NCBI GenBank assembly: GCA_934101175.1
Contig: CAKOQC010000001.1
Span: 199,589 to 263,588, forward strand
DNA from: an uncultured Bacilli bacterium
GTDB lineage: Bacteria > Bacillota_I > Bacilli_A > RF39 > UBA660
Length of the DNA: 64,000 nucleotides
Direction: 5' to 3'
Part shown: positions 47,356 to 59,102 of the stretch, piece after piece
Layout of the letters: every line of letters starts with the position of its first letter
Position numbering within the stretch: the first letter of the stretch is position 1
Notes under the pieces: model-generated
Seen by the model: the letters and a program-made list of their open reading frames with translations, nothing else
Databases searched by the model: none
Told to the model about the DNA's origin: nothing
Translations under genes and position numbers: made by a program

Positions 47356-48861
47356 CTATTTAATTAATATGTTACCAGTCATCTCTTTAGGAATATCTAA
47401 TCCCATTATTTTAAGAATAGTTGGTGCTATATCAGATAATTTACCTACTTCTTTAGTTAAAGTTATATCTTTATCTATAACAATAAATGGTACTAAATTA
47501 GTAGTGTGTGCTGTATTAATTGTTCCATCATCATTAATCATTTGTTCACAATTGCCATGATCTGCTGTAATTATCATTGTATATTCCATATCTTTAATCT
47601 TATCAAGTAATCTTTTTATTGATTTATCTACTGTTTCTACTGCTATTATTCCTTTTTCATATACTCCTGTATGTCCTACCATATCTCCATTAGCATAGTT
47701 AAGTACTACTAAATCCGGTTCATTATCTAACTCTTTTATTAATGCATCTGTTATTTTTACTGCAGACATTTCTGGCATCATATCATAAGTAGCTACTTTA
47801 GGACTAGGAATAAGTATTCTCTTACAGTTATCAAGCTCTAGTTCTTTACCACCATCGAAAAAGTAAGTTACATGTGCATATTTTTCTGTTTCTGCTATTC
47901 TAAGTTGACTAAGTCCGTTATCAGCAATTACTTGTCCTAAAACATTATCTAAATTTTCATATCCATATGCATTCTCACATATAACATTACTATCTACTGG
48001 CATCATTGTAACTAACTTAATATCTTTAGGAACTACTCTATCAAAAGAATTAAAATTTTTATTAGTAAGACATGCATATAATTCTCTTAAACGATCAGGT
48101 CTAAAATTATATGCAATAACTGCATCCCTATCCTTAATAATTCCTTCTTTATCTATTATACTAGGTAAAATAAACTCATCTGTTACCCCTTTATCTTGAT
48201 TAGTCTTCCAAGCTATTTCTATATTTTCATATTCATCCGCTATTCCTTTAGTTATCATATCATATCCAAGTTTAACACGATCATAATTATTATCTCTATC
48301 CATCATATAATATCTTCCACATAAAGTAGCTATCTTTCCAAATCCTAATTCTTTTATTTTATTTTCAAGCATTTTAATATATTTAATTCCACTATCAATA
48401 GCTGTATCTCTTCCATCAGTAATAACATGTATATATACTGAGTAAAACTCTTCTTTTTTACACATTTCTAATAATGAGAATAAATGATTAATATGTGAAT
48501 GTATTCCTCCATCACTAAGTAATCCTATTAGATGAATATTACTATTATTTTTCTTAGCATAATTTATTGCTCCAAGTAATTTTTCATTTGTAAAAAAACT
48601 TCCATCTTTGATACTTTTATTTATTTTTTCTAAAGATTGATAAATTATTCTTCCTGATCCTATTGAAGAGTGTCCTACTTCTGAATTTCCCATCTGTCCT
48701 TTAGGTAATCCTACATATTCTCCTGAAGCCTCTAAATAAGTATGTGGATATTCTCTCATAAGGCTATCTAATACTGGTGTATCTGCATTCTTATAGGCAT
48801 TTCCTAAAGAGTTCTCTCTTATTCCTACACCATCCATAATACATAATAATACTTTCTTCAT
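47356..48861 (-). CDS. gpmI: 2,3-bisphosphoglycerate-independent phosphoglycerate mutase
   Basis: 'MKKVLLCIMDGVGI' and a catalytic Ser ('EVGHSSIGSG') within the alkaline-phosphatase-like iPGM fold; 501 aa. Confidence 0.9.
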   Translation of the reverse strand: MKKVLLCIMDGVGIRENSLGNAYKNADTPVLDSLMREYPHTYLEASGEYVGLPKGQMGNSEVGHSSIGSGRIIYQSLEKINKSIKDGSFFTNEKLLGAINYAKKNNSNIHLIGLLSDGGIHSHINHLFSLLEMCKKEEFYSVYIHVITDGRDTAIDSGIKYIKMLENKIKELGFGKIATLCGRYYMMDRDNNYDRVKLGYDMITKGIADEYENIEIAWKTNQDKGVTDEFILPSIIDKEGIIKDRDAVIAYNFRPDRLRELYACLTNKNFNSFDRVVPKDIKLVTMMPVDSNVICENAYGYENLDNVLGQVIADNGLSQLRIAETEKYAHVTYFFDGGKELELDNCKRILIPSPKVATYDMMPEMSAVKITDALIKELDNEPDLVVLNYANGDMVGHTGVYEKGIIAVETVDKSIKRLLDKIKDMEYTMIITADHGNCEQMINDDGTINTAHTTNLVPFIVIDKDITLTKEVGKLSDIAPTILKIMGLDIPKEMTGNILIK

Positions 48862-48963
48862 TTTATCACCCTAATCTAATTTTACCTCACTTTATTAAGA
48901 TTGTAAATCAAAAAAATGGACTATTGCAAAATTAGATAATTAATTTTGTAATAATCCTAATCT

Positions 48964-49209
48964 TTAATTATTTTCAGTATATATTTTATTTTGTTCATTA
49001 AATAAATATAATAATTTATCTAATAATTCTAAATCAAAAAATTCAACTAACTCATTTCCTTCTTGTCTTACTATTTTTAAATCTTTATTATCATTTAAAT
49101 TACATATTTCAAAATAAGTGTTATTTTCATAGTTTAATTTATTAACTACTAAATAGTCAGCATCATTATCTAATGTTATTACATTATCTACTTCTACCTT
49201 CACTATCAA
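48964..49209 (-). CDS. DUF1292 (YrzB/UPF0473)-like small acidic protein
   Basis: 81 aa with the 'VITLDNDADYLVVNKL...YFEICNLNDNKDLKIVRQEGNELVEF' pattern resembling DUF1292. Confidence 0.35.
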   Translation of the reverse strand: MIVKVEVDNVITLDNDADYLVVNKLNYENNTYFEICNLNDNKDLKIVRQEGNELVEFFDLELLDKLLYLFNEQNKIYTENN

Positions 49210-49510
49210 TTACCCTTTCTTCTTCTTTAATATTTAGTTCATTATATGTTTCGTTTAAACAACTTCCCATTTTTTTACGTTTTCTTTTTGCAGCTGCAAG
49301 CATCCAAATATTTGATATCATTAATGCTGACCAGCCAAGTGAGACAGGTATAAAAACTGGATTCATACAAACTAATGCTGCATTTAAAGCACTAAATGAT
49401 ACTAAAATAGCATTAGTTTTCGTATGAACTATACATTTCCTATCGTATTTTTGATAAGCCTCCTCTAATGTTTTTACGCTTTTTATTGCATACCTTTTTT
49501 CATTTTCCAT
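49184..49510 (-). CDS. hypothetical small membrane protein (2 TM helices, basic KRKRKK patch)
   Basis: ORF only; overlaps the downstream ORF by 26 nt. Confidence 0.3.
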   Translation of the reverse strand: MENEKRYAIKSVKTLEEAYQKYDRKCIVHTKTNAILVSFSALNAALVCMNPVFIPVSLGWSALMISNIWMLAAAKRKRKKMGSCLNETYNELNIKEEERVIDSEGRSR

Positions 49511-49541
49511 AATACCCTCCTATTAAATCTTAAAATAATTC

Positions 49542-50474
49542 CTATCTTTTTCTTTTATCATATTTATCATAATTATTATATATATTATAATTTTCATATA
49601 TATTATTATATTTTTCTTCATTATAATACTTATAATCATTATATATATTATTACGTTCTTTTGCTTCACGAGAACGTCTTTCATATTCTTTTACTTTATT
49701 AGGGTGTGCTTTATAACCACTAGTTATTTCTTCTTGTGAAAATTTTACTTTATACTGTAACCATTCAAAGAATGAAATATCTGATGAAGTCTTAAGAACT
49801 AAATTTAAATATTGTGAATATAATTTTTCTTTTGTTGTATTTAATGATTGACAAACACTCTGAATTATAATCTCATCTCTTAACCAATCAATAAAAATAA
49901 TTCCCTCTTTTTTAGTATTATCATTTAAAAATTCCTTATATAACTCTTCTTGATCTTTTCCTAATTTATTACAAAATTCTTTTTGTGCCGTATATAATTT
50001 CTTTAATACTTCAATAAATTGTTTAGAATTAATCCCTTTATCCATTTTTCTTATTGAACGGTATAATTGATAAATATTTCTTCTAGCTTTAAGTTTATCT
50101 GCATAAAATACCATTACTGCAAAATCTCCTTCAAGGAAATCTACTAAAGTATCTTTAGATAATTCTAAATACATGTTCAAAAAATCTAAATATGTGATAC
50201 TTATATGATAAAATTTAGCATATCTTTCATAAATTGTTTTAGCATCTAATGTTTGATTATTATTACTATTATTATTAAAATTTTTAATCTCATTATAATG
50301 TTTCTTTATAAAGTCATATGCTAAATTAACTTCTTGCATCTTTTCTTTAGCATCTTTTAATGTACATACATCTGGGTGATATTTTCTAACTTGTTCACGA
50401 TATTTTACTCTTATTTGTTCTAAAGTATCTCCACTATTTACTCCTAGTATTCTCATAGCCTCTATCATTGTCAT
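49542..50474 (-). CDS. J-domain (DnaJ-like) protein
   Basis: N-terminal 'ILGVNSGDTLEQIRVKYREQVRKYHPDV' J-domain with HPD; 310 aa. Confidence 0.6.
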   Translation of the reverse strand: MTMIEAMRILGVNSGDTLEQIRVKYREQVRKYHPDVCTLKDAKEKMQEVNLAYDFIKKHYNEIKNFNNNSNNNQTLDAKTIYERYAKFYHISITYLDFLNMYLELSKDTLVDFLEGDFAVMVFYADKLKARRNIYQLYRSIRKMDKGINSKQFIEVLKKLYTAQKEFCNKLGKDQEELYKEFLNDNTKKEGIIFIDWLRDEIIIQSVCQSLNTTKEKLYSQYLNLVLKTSSDISFFEWLQYKVKFSQEEITSGYKAHPNKVKEYERRSREAKERNNIYNDYKYYNEEKYNNIYENYNIYNNYDKYDKRKR

Positions 50475-50590
50475 AATAGTATCCCCTCTTTCATAGCAAC
50501 TATAATACCATACATTTGTTTATTTGTCAAGAAAAATCTATAGTTGTGTTAATCTATATGATACTACACTAAATAAAGAAAGAATTTGAA

Positions 50591-51313
50591 CTATTCGCCC
50601 AAATTCTTCTTAAATAACCTAAGTTCTCTTTTTAAACTTCCTATTTCTTTTATTTCTTTATCTTCTATTTGATTTTCTATCTCTACAAGTCTCTTAATAA
50701 ATTCCATTTGTATACTATATTCATTATCTACCATAAGTATATTCTTATTTTCTCTAAGTTCTATCATCTTATTAACATATTCTTCTCCAAGTATTTCAAG
50801 TTCTAAAGTAATATTCTCTTTATCTTCATCACTTAATTCCATTTCTTGAACCTTCTTATTAGTCTCTAGTATTAAATTCAATATATTATCAGTAACTTTA
50901 TCATTATCTTTACTATTATTTTCTTCTTTAGGTTTATTAAGTGATACATAAAGTTTATGAATTTCTCTTCCACTAATATTTTCTTTAGGTTTTGTAAGTA
51001 CTTGTTCTATTGGAAAATATTTACATATTGCATATCCAGATAAACAGCACTTAACTAAAGCCGTATATTCATTACCACTCCATAATAAATACTTTTTACC
51101 TGTAACTATATCTATTCCATAATTAATAAAATTCTGATGAAATTCATATCTCCTATCAGTATCAAGTTTTAAAGAAACATGTTTAAAAATTATAAATCTA
51201 TTATTAACTTTACTAGGATCTATCTTTATATTATTCTTATCTTTTCTACTTACATATCCTAATTCACCAACATATAATTCTTCTGTTTTATATAATAATT
51301 TCATCTTTATCAC
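50591..51313 (-). CDS. hypothetical protein (240 aa)
   Basis: ORF only. Confidence 0.35.
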   Translation of the reverse strand: MIKMKLLYKTEELYVGELGYVSRKDKNNIKIDPSKVNNRFIIFKHVSLKLDTDRRYEFHQNFINYGIDIVTGKKYLLWSGNEYTALVKCCLSGYAICKYFPIEQVLTKPKENISGREIHKLYVSLNKPKEENNSKDNDKVTDNILNLILETNKKVQEMELSDEDKENITLELEILGEEYVNKMIELRENKNILMVDNEYSIQMEFIKRLVEIENQIEDKEIKEIGSLKRELRLFKKNLGE

Positions 51314-51449
51314 CTAATCTATTATTTACTACTATATACCATCACAGCTTCCAACTAAAAAGTATTCTATCATCTAAACCGCCTTTAGTCAATAACCACT
51401 ATTCACACATAAAAATCAGTAACATTTATATTACTGATTTATTAATTTT

Positions 51450-53249
51450 TTAATCTTTCTTTATTTCTGTAGCTCTAAGTACTGATAAGAATGCTTCCTT
51501 AGGAATATCTACTCTTCCTATTGTCTTCATCTTTTTCTTACCTTCCTTTTGCTTCTCTAATAACTTTCTCTTTCTAGTAATATCTCCACCATAACATTTA
51601 GCAAGTACATCTTTTCTCATAGCTTTAATATCTGACCTTGCTATTACTTTACTACCAATTACTGCTTGTACAGGTACTTCAAATAGCTGTCTAGGAATAA
51701 TTTCTTTAAGATTATCTACAATTACTCTTCCTCTTTTATAAGCAAAATCTCTATGTACTATTACCGATAAGGCATCTACTACTTCACCATTTAACATTAC
51801 ATCCATCTTAACTAAATCACTAACTTTATATCCAATAAGTTCATAATCAAATGAAGCATATCCCTTAGTATAGCTCTTAAGTCTATCAAAAAAGTCATAT
51901 ACTATTTCTGATAAAGGTATTTCATAATGAATATTAACTCTAGTAGTATCTATATAATCGGTACTAATATATGTTCCTCTCTTATCCTGACATAGTTCCA
52001 TAATAGAACCAATATATTCATTAGGAACATATATATTAGTCCTAATATAAGGTTCTTTAATCATACTAATTCTAACTTTCTCAGGAAATTCTGCTGGATT
52101 ATCTACATAAATTACTGATCCGTCTGTTAAAGTAATTTCATATATTACTGAAGGTGCTGTTGCTATAATATCTATATTAAATTCTCTTTCTATTCTCTCA
52201 GTAATAATATCTAAGTGTAATAATCCTAAAAATCCTGTTCTAAATCCAAATCCTAATGTTCCTGATGTTTCTGGTTCAAATGTAAGTGATGCATCATTAA
52301 GTTTAAGTTTCTCTAAAGCTTCTCTTAAATTAGGATATTTTTTACTATCAATAGGATATATTCCACAAAAGACCATTGGTTTTAATGCTTTATATCCTGG
52401 AAGCCCTTCTTCACAAGGATTATTTTCTAAAGTAATAGTGTCTCCTACTCTTACATTATCTATAGATTTAATTGAAGCCCCCAAATATCCTACTTCTCCT
52501 ACTCCTAGTTCTGATACTTTTACTTCTCTAGGAGTATGATATCCAAGTTCTACTACTTGATAACTTGCTCCAGTAGTAACCATCTTAACTATATCTTTAT
52601 CTGTTACTTTACCACTAACTACTCTAATTAAAGATACTACTCCTCTATAAGAATCAAAATAACTATCAAATATTAAACATCTAAGTTTATTATCATTATA
52701 TTCACATCTAGGACTAGGAATTCTCTCTATTATTGCTTCTACTAAAGAAGGAATACCTACTCCTGTCTTAGCTGATGTAAGTATTATTTCTTCTCTTTTA
52801 AATCCAAAAGTCTTATTAAGTTCTTCTACTCTTTTATCTATATCAGCACTAGGTAAATCTATCTTATTAATAACTGGTATTATCTCTAAGTTATTCTCAA
52901 GTGCTAAATATACATTAGATAATGTTTGTGCTTCTATTCCTTGTGCCGCATCTACTATTAAGATTGCCCCTTCACAAGCAGCCATACTTCTAGATACTTC
53001 ATAGGTAAAGTCAACATGTCCTGGTGTATCTATTAAGTTAAGTATATAATCTTTATAATTAATTCTTACTGCATTAAGCTTAATAGTAATTCCTCTTTCT
53101 CTTTCTAAGTCCATACTATCAAGTAACTGTTCTTTCATATCTCTTTTATCTACTGCTCCAGTATATTCAAGTATTCTATCTGCTAAAGTACTTTTTCCAT
53201 GATCTATATGTGCAATAATACAAAAGTTTCTAATTTTATTTATATTCAT
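51450..53249 (-). CDS. lepA: translation elongation factor 4
   Basis: GTPase G1 'AHIDHGKST', G3 'DTPGHVDF', and the LepA-specific C-terminal domain; 599 aa. Confidence 0.9.
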   Translation of the reverse strand: MNINKIRNFCIIAHIDHGKSTLADRILEYTGAVDKRDMKEQLLDSMDLERERGITIKLNAVRINYKDYILNLIDTPGHVDFTYEVSRSMAACEGAILIVDAAQGIEAQTLSNVYLALENNLEIIPVINKIDLPSADIDKRVEELNKTFGFKREEIILTSAKTGVGIPSLVEAIIERIPSPRCEYNDNKLRCLIFDSYFDSYRGVVSLIRVVSGKVTDKDIVKMVTTGASYQVVELGYHTPREVKVSELGVGEVGYLGASIKSIDNVRVGDTITLENNPCEEGLPGYKALKPMVFCGIYPIDSKKYPNLREALEKLKLNDASLTFEPETSGTLGFGFRTGFLGLLHLDIITERIEREFNIDIIATAPSVIYEITLTDGSVIYVDNPAEFPEKVRISMIKEPYIRTNIYVPNEYIGSIMELCQDKRGTYISTDYIDTTRVNIHYEIPLSEIVYDFFDRLKSYTKGYASFDYELIGYKVSDLVKMDVMLNGEVVDALSVIVHRDFAYKRGRVIVDNLKEIIPRQLFEVPVQAVIGSKVIARSDIKAMRKDVLAKCYGGDITRKRKLLEKQKEGKKKMKTIGRVDIPKEAFLSVLRATEIKKD

Positions 53250-53333
53250 ACTATCAGTCCTCAGGTAAAATTATATCAAATAATATTAAAACTCTCAAGA
53301 AATTCCTTGAAAGTTTTATATATCTAATTATTT

Positions 53334-54347
53334 TTATTCTTCATTATATAGTGTATCTACTGCCATTGCATTTTGTTCTAAGTTACCAATAATCCCTTTT
53401 TTATAAGCATAATATGCTGCTGCTCCAATCATTGCAGCATTATCTGTACAATATGCCATTCTAGGATAACTAAAATCTATTCCTCGTAATGAGCATTCCT
53501 TTAAAAGGCATTCTCTTAAATAACTATTAGCAGCTACTCCTCCAGCTAATACCAAGGTTTTAACATTATATTCTGATACTGCTCTTAAAGTCTTCTTAAC
53601 AAGAACATCTACACATCTATCTTGAAAAGATTTACACATATCTGCTACTCTTATTTCATTACCTCTTTGTTTTTCATTATGTACTAAATTAACTACTGCT
53701 GACTTAATTCCACTAAAACTAAAATTATAACTATCATCATTTAAAGGATAAGGTAAATCATAACTATCAACGCCTTCCTTAGCTAGTTTATCTACCTTAG
53801 GTCCTCCAGGATATTCTAATCCACATATCTTAGCTACTTTATCATACGCTTCTCCAATAGCATCATCTAAAGTACCTCCAATCTTCTTAAAAAAATAATC
53901 TTCTTTCATATAAACTAAATCAGTATGTCCTCCTGATACTACTAAGGCAATAAGTGGAAATGATAATCTTTTTTCTAAATTATTAGCATATATATGTCCT
54001 GCTATATGATGAACTGGTATAAGTGGCTTTCCTGTTACTAAAGATATTGTCTTAGCACATTGAAGTCCTATTAATAATGATCCTATAAGTCCAGGCCCAT
54101 AAGTAACTCCAATAATATCTATCTCATCCATTGAAATATTACTTCTTTCAAATAATTCTGCTAATACTATTGTTACATTTTCTATATGACTTCTACTAGC
54201 AACTTCTGGTACTACTCCTCCAAATTCTTTATGAATATCTATTTGTGTATTTGTAACTGTACATACTTCATAAGTACCATTCTTAATAATACTCATGCTC
54301 ATCTCATCACAAGAAGATTCTATTGCTAAACAATAAATATCTTTCAT
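53334..54347 (-). CDS. tsaD: tRNA N6-adenosine threonylcarbamoyltransferase
   Basis: Kae1/Gcp/TsaD family; 'LAIESSCDE', and 'HIAGH' metal ligands. Confidence 0.9.
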   Translation of the reverse strand: MKDIYCLAIESSCDEMSMSIIKNGTYEVCTVTNTQIDIHKEFGGVVPEVASRSHIENVTIVLAELFERSNISMDEIDIIGVTYGPGLIGSLLIGLQCAKTISLVTGKPLIPVHHIAGHIYANNLEKRLSFPLIALVVSGGHTDLVYMKEDYFFKKIGGTLDDAIGEAYDKVAKICGLEYPGGPKVDKLAKEGVDSYDLPYPLNDDSYNFSFSGIKSAVVNLVHNEKQRGNEIRVADMCKSFQDRCVDVLVKKTLRAVSEYNVKTLVLAGGVAANSYLRECLLKECSLRGIDFSYPRMAYCTDNAAMIGAAAYYAYKKGIIGNLEQNAMAVDTLYNEE

Positions 54348-54359
54348 TCTACCACTTCC

Positions 54360-54713
54360 CTACATTATATTTTTTTCCATTAAAATACCATCTTCATCTC
54401 CATAATAATATTTTCTTAATGCTACTTCATGAAATCCAAATTTCTTATACATTTTTCTTGCAATCTCATTACTAACTCTAACTTCCAAGGTAATATTAAT
54501 TACTCTAAGATTAATAGCTTCTTGTACTAAATAGGCCATAAGTTTCGTTCCTATTCCCTTACTTCTCTCTACTTCTTCTACAAATATATTATCTATCTCT
54601 ATTCTATCGTATATTAATGAATATTCTAAATAACCTAATACTTTATCTGAAATTACATATTCTATCTTTCTTCCAAAAGGATTAATTGTCATAAGATCTA
54701 CTTCTCTTATCAT
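54360..54713 (-). CDS. rimI: ribosomal-protein-alanine N-acetyltransferase (GNAT)
   Basis: GNAT motif A 'VEEVERSKGIGTKLM'; sits between tsaB and tsaD as in Firmicutes. Confidence 0.65.
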   Translation of the reverse strand: MIREVDLMTINPFGRKIEYVISDKVLGYLEYSLIYDRIEIDNIFVEEVERSKGIGTKLMAYLVQEAINLRVINITLEVRVSNEIARKMYKKFGFHEVALRKYYYGDEDGILMEKNIM

Positions 54714-54724
54714 AATTCACCATC

Positions 54725-55348
54725 TTACTTCTTATCTTCAACTGCTTGTGGTAATTTTAAATAATTAGGTACTAATTTATAATAATTAACTCTTTCTTTA
54801 TCTTGATAATAATCTATAATCTTCACTATATTTAATTCTACTTTATTAATCTTTCTATTACCAATAACATCTTGGTTAACTGATACCATATATGGTTCAT
54901 ACTTATTAGCTAATTCTAATACTTCTTCTTTAGAAACAAACTTCTCATCATAAAGAATATTATAATCATTATCATATACTCCTACATAATAATGACTCTT
55001 ATTAGCAGGTATAATACTCATAATAACTCCATCAGTATTACTACTAATAGCTAACATTTTCAAAGTAGATACTGGTATTATATCTTTCTTTATCAAGTAT
55101 CCATATGTCTTAGCTATTGTAACTCCTATTCTAAGTCCTGTAAAAGATCCTGGTCCATTAACTACATATATTTCATCTATTAAATTAGCATCTATTTTAG
55201 CAATATCTAATACCTGCTTAACAAAACTAACTGCATATACTGAATGCATATTAGGAATACTCTTACTAATAGTAGCTAATTCTTCTTTATCTTTGATAAC
55301 AGAAATAGATACATTAGCTAAAGATGTATCTATAAATAATCTAATCAT
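54725..55348 (-). CDS. tsaB: tRNA threonylcarbamoyladenosine biosynthesis protein TsaB
   Basis: Inactive-Kae1 (YeaZ) fold 'MIRLFIDTS...'; operon context. Confidence 0.8.
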   Translation of the reverse strand: MIRLFIDTSLANVSISVIKDKEELATISKSIPNMHSVYAVSFVKQVLDIAKIDANLIDEIYVVNGPGSFTGLRIGVTIAKTYGYLIKKDIIPVSTLKMLAISSNTDGVIMSIIPANKSHYYVGVYDNDYNILYDEKFVSKEEVLELANKYEPYMVSVNQDVIGNRKINKVELNIVKIIDYYQDKERVNYYKLVPNYLKLPQAVEDKK

Positions 55349-55794
55349 AAAATATCCTCACAAGCTCTAATATAATCTTCTCCATAAGCTTTCATTATTA
55401 ATACTCTAGTATTCTCATCTATTACTTTAAATTTTATATCAAGTCTTTCTTCAGGTAAATAATCTTTAATTAGATCTGCCCATTCTATAATAGTAACTCC
55501 ACCTTTTTCGAAGTATTCTTCTATTCCTAATCCTTCTACATTATCATCTACTCTATATACATCCATATGATATAAAGGTAATTCTCCATTATATTCTTTT
55601 ATTATATTAAAGGTACTAGAAGTAACTCCATCTATTCCCATAGCATGGGCAAAAGCTTTTGCAAAAACTGTCTTTCCACTACCTAATTCTCCGTACAAAC
55701 AAATAACCATATTAGGAAATTTTTCTGATTCTAAATTTTGTGCTAATGTAATTGTTTCTTCTTCATCATGCATAGTTAATTTGTATTCTTCCAT
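55345..55794 (-). CDS. tsaE: tRNA threonylcarbamoyladenosine biosynthesis ATPase TsaE
   Basis: P-loop 'LYGELGSGKTVFAK'; ~150 aa; 4-nt overlap with tsaB. Confidence 0.8.
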   Translation of the reverse strand: MEEYKLTMHDEEETITLAQNLESEKFPNMVICLYGELGSGKTVFAKAFAHAMGIDGVTSSTFNIIKEYNGELPLYHMDVYRVDDNVEGLGIEEYFEKGGVTIIEWADLIKDYLPEERLDIKFKVIDENTRVLIMKAYGEDYIRACEDIL

Positions 55795-55894
55795 AAAATT
55801 TCTTCCTTTCTTACTTACTATTTAATTATATCAATCTATACTCTTTATGACAATACTTTTTAATTATTTTTCTAAAGAAAAAAACCTTAAAGGT

Positions 55895-56437
55895 CTAATT
55901 CTTTTCTACTAATTCTACATATTTACGATAATAATTATTAATAGTATCTTTATCAAATGGCATTTCTCTAACTCTTACCATATCTATTAAATTTCCAAGT
56001 TCATATTTTAATATAAAGTCTAATCTATTTGAATAATGCATTTGTTTACGATGATATTTATATTCCATTCTATCTAATATTTTAAAGCTTCCATTAGGAA
56101 ATACTCTTAAATCTAGATCATAGTCTATATATTTTATAATTTTATTATCTATTAGTACTGGTGTTGCTATATTACAGTAAAAGTATATTCCGTAATCTTT
56201 TAATTGTCCTATTATATTAAACCATCTATCTTTAAAGAAAAACATTACTGCTGGTTCTCTTGTTTTCCATATTTTTCCATCAGAATCTATTACTGTTGTT
56301 CTATTATTACCAAACACTAAGTAATCATCAAAGATATCTAATACTACTGCTTCATCCCATTTCCTATGTAAAGAACCATCGTGTTTATAACAATGTATTT
56401 GTAATTTATCTCCAACTTTTATATTTAAATTATTCAC
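55895..56437 (-). CDS. DUF402-family protein (Ntdp-like nucleoside di/triphosphatase)
   Basis: 'HCYKHDGSLHRKWDEAVVL...WFNIIGQL...YIDYDLDLRV' matches the DUF402/FomD-like pattern. Confidence 0.6.
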   Translation of the reverse strand: MNNLNIKVGDKLQIHCYKHDGSLHRKWDEAVVLDIFDDYLVFGNNRTTVIDSDGKIWKTREPAVMFFFKDRWFNIIGQLKDYGIYFYCNIATPVLIDNKIIKYIDYDLDLRVFPNGSFKILDRMEYKYHRKQMHYSNRLDFILKYELGNLIDMVRVREMPFDKDTINNYYRKYVELVEKN

Positions 56438-56559
56438 TCACTTCACCTCGATTTCCTAAAACTAACGTTATTATACAACATTTTTCTCTAATTTAAAAGT
56501 AAATATACCATTTTTTATCAATTTATGTTATACTTGATATATATCCTAGGAGGTGAGTA

Positions 56560-57477
56560 ATGTTAAATATCTTTAAATGGTTCTTTCTAGGACTATACAC
56601 AGTTATTACCATTATCCCTCGTTATTTAATAATAGGTATTATATGTATTATTAATCCTAAAAAAGGTAACATACTAAGATATAAAGGTAAACCAGTAATC
56701 CCTATCATAATTATTACTCTCTGCCTAACAGTATACTTTATCTGTATCTTTATATCTTCCAGGTGGTATGTTCAAAATCTAAAAATCAAGTATCTTTCTA
56801 GTGATATCATCTCAAGTACTAAAGTCTTAGAACAAGAACAAAAAGAAATTATAAGTAAAGAAGAATATAATCCTAAAGATAACGATAAATATTCTGATGT
56901 TTCTTTCATCTCTGTAAACTTTGATGATTTAATTGCTAAGAATAATGAAACTGTTGGTTGGATTAAAGTAAATAATACTAATGTTAATTATTCTATTTTA
57001 AAACATACTGATAATGAATATTATTTAAAACATGATTTTAATAAAAATTATAATATTTATGGTTGGGTTTTTGCTGATTATCGTGATGACTTTGAATATT
57101 TTGGTAATAATACTATTGTCTATGCTCACAATATGACTGATAGATCAATGTTTGGTTCTTTAGTATGGTGTCTAAAAGAATCATGGTATACTAATAATGA
57201 AAATCAATTTATTAAAATATCTACTCCTAAATCTAACACTGTTTGGAAAATATTCTCTATTTATACTATAAAACCAGAAGTATATTATTTAAAAACCTAC
57301 TTTGAATCCCCTGAAGAACATCAAATCTTCCTAGATGTCTTAAAAGGTCGTAGTATTCATAATTTTAATGAAGATGTAACTCCAAATGATAAAATTCTAA
57401 CGTTATCTACTTGTTCTGATGATGGTACTAAAAGAGTAGTTATTCATGCTAAAATGGTTAAAGTAGAATATCGCTAA
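56560..57477 (+). CDS. srtB: class B sortase
   Basis: N-terminal membrane anchor; catalytic 'IVYAHNM' His and 'TLSTCSDDG' (TLxTC) Cys motifs typical of SrtB. Confidence 0.75.
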   Translation: MLNIFKWFFLGLYTVITIIPRYLIIGIICIINPKKGNILRYKGKPVIPIIIITLCLTVYFICIFISSRWYVQNLKIKYLSSDIISSTKVLEQEQKEIISKEEYNPKDNDKYSDVSFISVNFDDLIAKNNETVGWIKVNNTNVNYSILKHTDNEYYLKHDFNKNYNIYGWVFADYRDDFEYFGNNTIVYAHNMTDRSMFGSLVWCLKESWYTNNENQFIKISTPKSNTVWKIFSIYTIKPEVYYLKTYFESPEEHQIFLDVLKGRSIHNFNEDVTPNDKILTLSTCSDDGTKRVVIHAKMVKVEYR

Positions 57478-57525
57478 AAAAATAGGACTAACTTTTAAAG
57501 AAGTCCTATTTTATTTTACTCAAAA

Positions 57526-59091
57526 TTATTTCTTTTTCTTTTTCTTATTACTCTTATTAACTACTTGCTTATCAGTATTATCTTCTACTTCTGCTGTTTC
57601 TTTCTCCAATTTCTCATCAGTCTTTATTTCCAAACTCTCATCCTTTATAGGTAAATCATCAAAAGAAAACTTATCCTCATTCTCACTCGTATCTTCTTTC
57701 ATAGTATCCACTATCTCTTTAGGTTTATTCTCTTTAACTAAGTTAACTTTCTTCTTATTTTTCTTTCCCTTTCCTATTAGAATAATTGAAAATAATACTA
57801 TTACTAATCCTAATAATAAGATACTACCAAGTAAACAAATATAATATTTATCACTCTGTTCTTTATATAAATCTAATACCAAAGTATTATATCTTTGAAC
57901 AGTCTTTTCTTTAGCATCATATTGATATAATTCCTCTTTACCAGTTTCAATATTCTTTGCATAAAACAAATAAAACTGATTACCAGATATATCATTATTA
58001 TCAAGAGCATAAGTATTCTTAATAATATCTAATTTAACCTCTTGATAACTATCTATTTTATCTCCATCATAAGTAAATGTTGTCTTCTTACCACCATCTA
58101 CTACTTTATCTAATATTTGTAAAGTAGTACCATTAAAAGTATATTCTAAATATCTAATATATTTATTATTAGCATATATATAATACTCTATCTTTCCATT
58201 AGTATCTTTAAGTCCTACTACAGTATATTTTAAAGTATCATTATAATATCCTTCTACTTTCTCACCTTTAATATCTACTTCTTTTTCACAGAAATATTCA
58301 CTTATTTTAGGTAAATCTTTTCTTTTTCTAACTACATTATAAGTATTATTATCTATTTTTACTTGAATTGGTTTCTCTGCTTCTACTGTTACTTTTAAAA
58401 CATAAGTTCTCTTACTTCCATTTTCTGCTGTAACTACTATTTCAAATGTATTTAATCCTTCACTAACATTAACTTCTCCAGTACCTGTAGCTTTAGCAGA
58501 ATCTTCTGCTAATTGAGCATTAATTTTAATCTTTTCTGTATTAGCAGGTACTGTTAAAGTATATTCAAGACTTTCTTTATCAAAATTCTCATTAAGTTCA
58601 AAACCATCTACTGTTAAACTAGCTAAATAACTATTTGAAGATTTTGGTCTAGGTTTAGAACTAGATCCTCCATTTGATGAACTTCCTCCATTATTACCAG
58701 TATTATTACTAGGTTTTGGATTAACTGTAATATTAACAGTTCTAGCTGGTAATGTTATATCCTTAGGATCATCTGTTGCTGTTGTCTTACTAGAAGTTAT
58801 TGTTAAAGTAGCTGTCCCCGTATTCTTCGTATTAATAGTAATATATTGTGTATCATTTTCTACCCACACACTTGCTACCGCCGGACTAGCTACATTCGCA
58901 TTAGAAGATGTAATATTAAATCTTCCTGCTACATTATTTCCTGTTATTCTTAAAGTAACCGTATTCCCAACTACTACAGTATCACTAGTAAGTGATATAC
59001 TATAATCTGCTGCAAATACACTATTAGTAAATCCAAACAGTACCACTAGTCCCAATATTAAACTATTCTTAATCTTATTTATAATTTTCAT
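57526..59091 (-). CDS. type I membrane surface protein with Ig-like and cadherin-like beta-sandwich domains
   Basis: Signal peptide; 'SNSYLASLTVDGFELNENFD...YTLTV...GSKRTYVLKVT' cadherin-like domain (also present in the next gene); C-terminal TM helix followed by a K/E-rich cytoplasmic tail ending in K7. Confidence 0.55.
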   Translation of the reverse strand: MKIINKIKNSLILGLVVLFGFTNSVFAADYSISLTSDTVVVGNTVTLRITGNNVAGRFNITSSNANVASPAVASVWVENDTQYITINTKNTGTATLTITSSKTTATDDPKDITLPARTVNITVNPKPSNNTGNNGGSSSNGGSSSKPRPKSSNSYLASLTVDGFELNENFDKESLEYTLTVPANTEKIKINAQLAEDSAKATGTGEVNVSEGLNTFEIVVTAENGSKRTYVLKVTVEAEKPIQVKIDNNTYNVVRKRKDLPKISEYFCEKEVDIKGEKVEGYYNDTLKYTVVGLKDTNGKIEYYIYANNKYIRYLEYTFNGTTLQILDKVVDGGKKTTFTYDGDKIDSYQEVKLDIIKNTYALDNNDISGNQFYLFYAKNIETGKEELYQYDAKEKTVQRYNTLVLDLYKEQSDKYYICLLGSILLLGLVIVLFSIILIGKGKKNKKKVNLVKENKPKEIVDTMKEDTSENEDKFSFDDLPIKDESLEIKTDEKLEKETAEVEDNTDKQVVNKSNKKKKKK

Positions 59092-59102
59092 TCTATCACT
59101 TC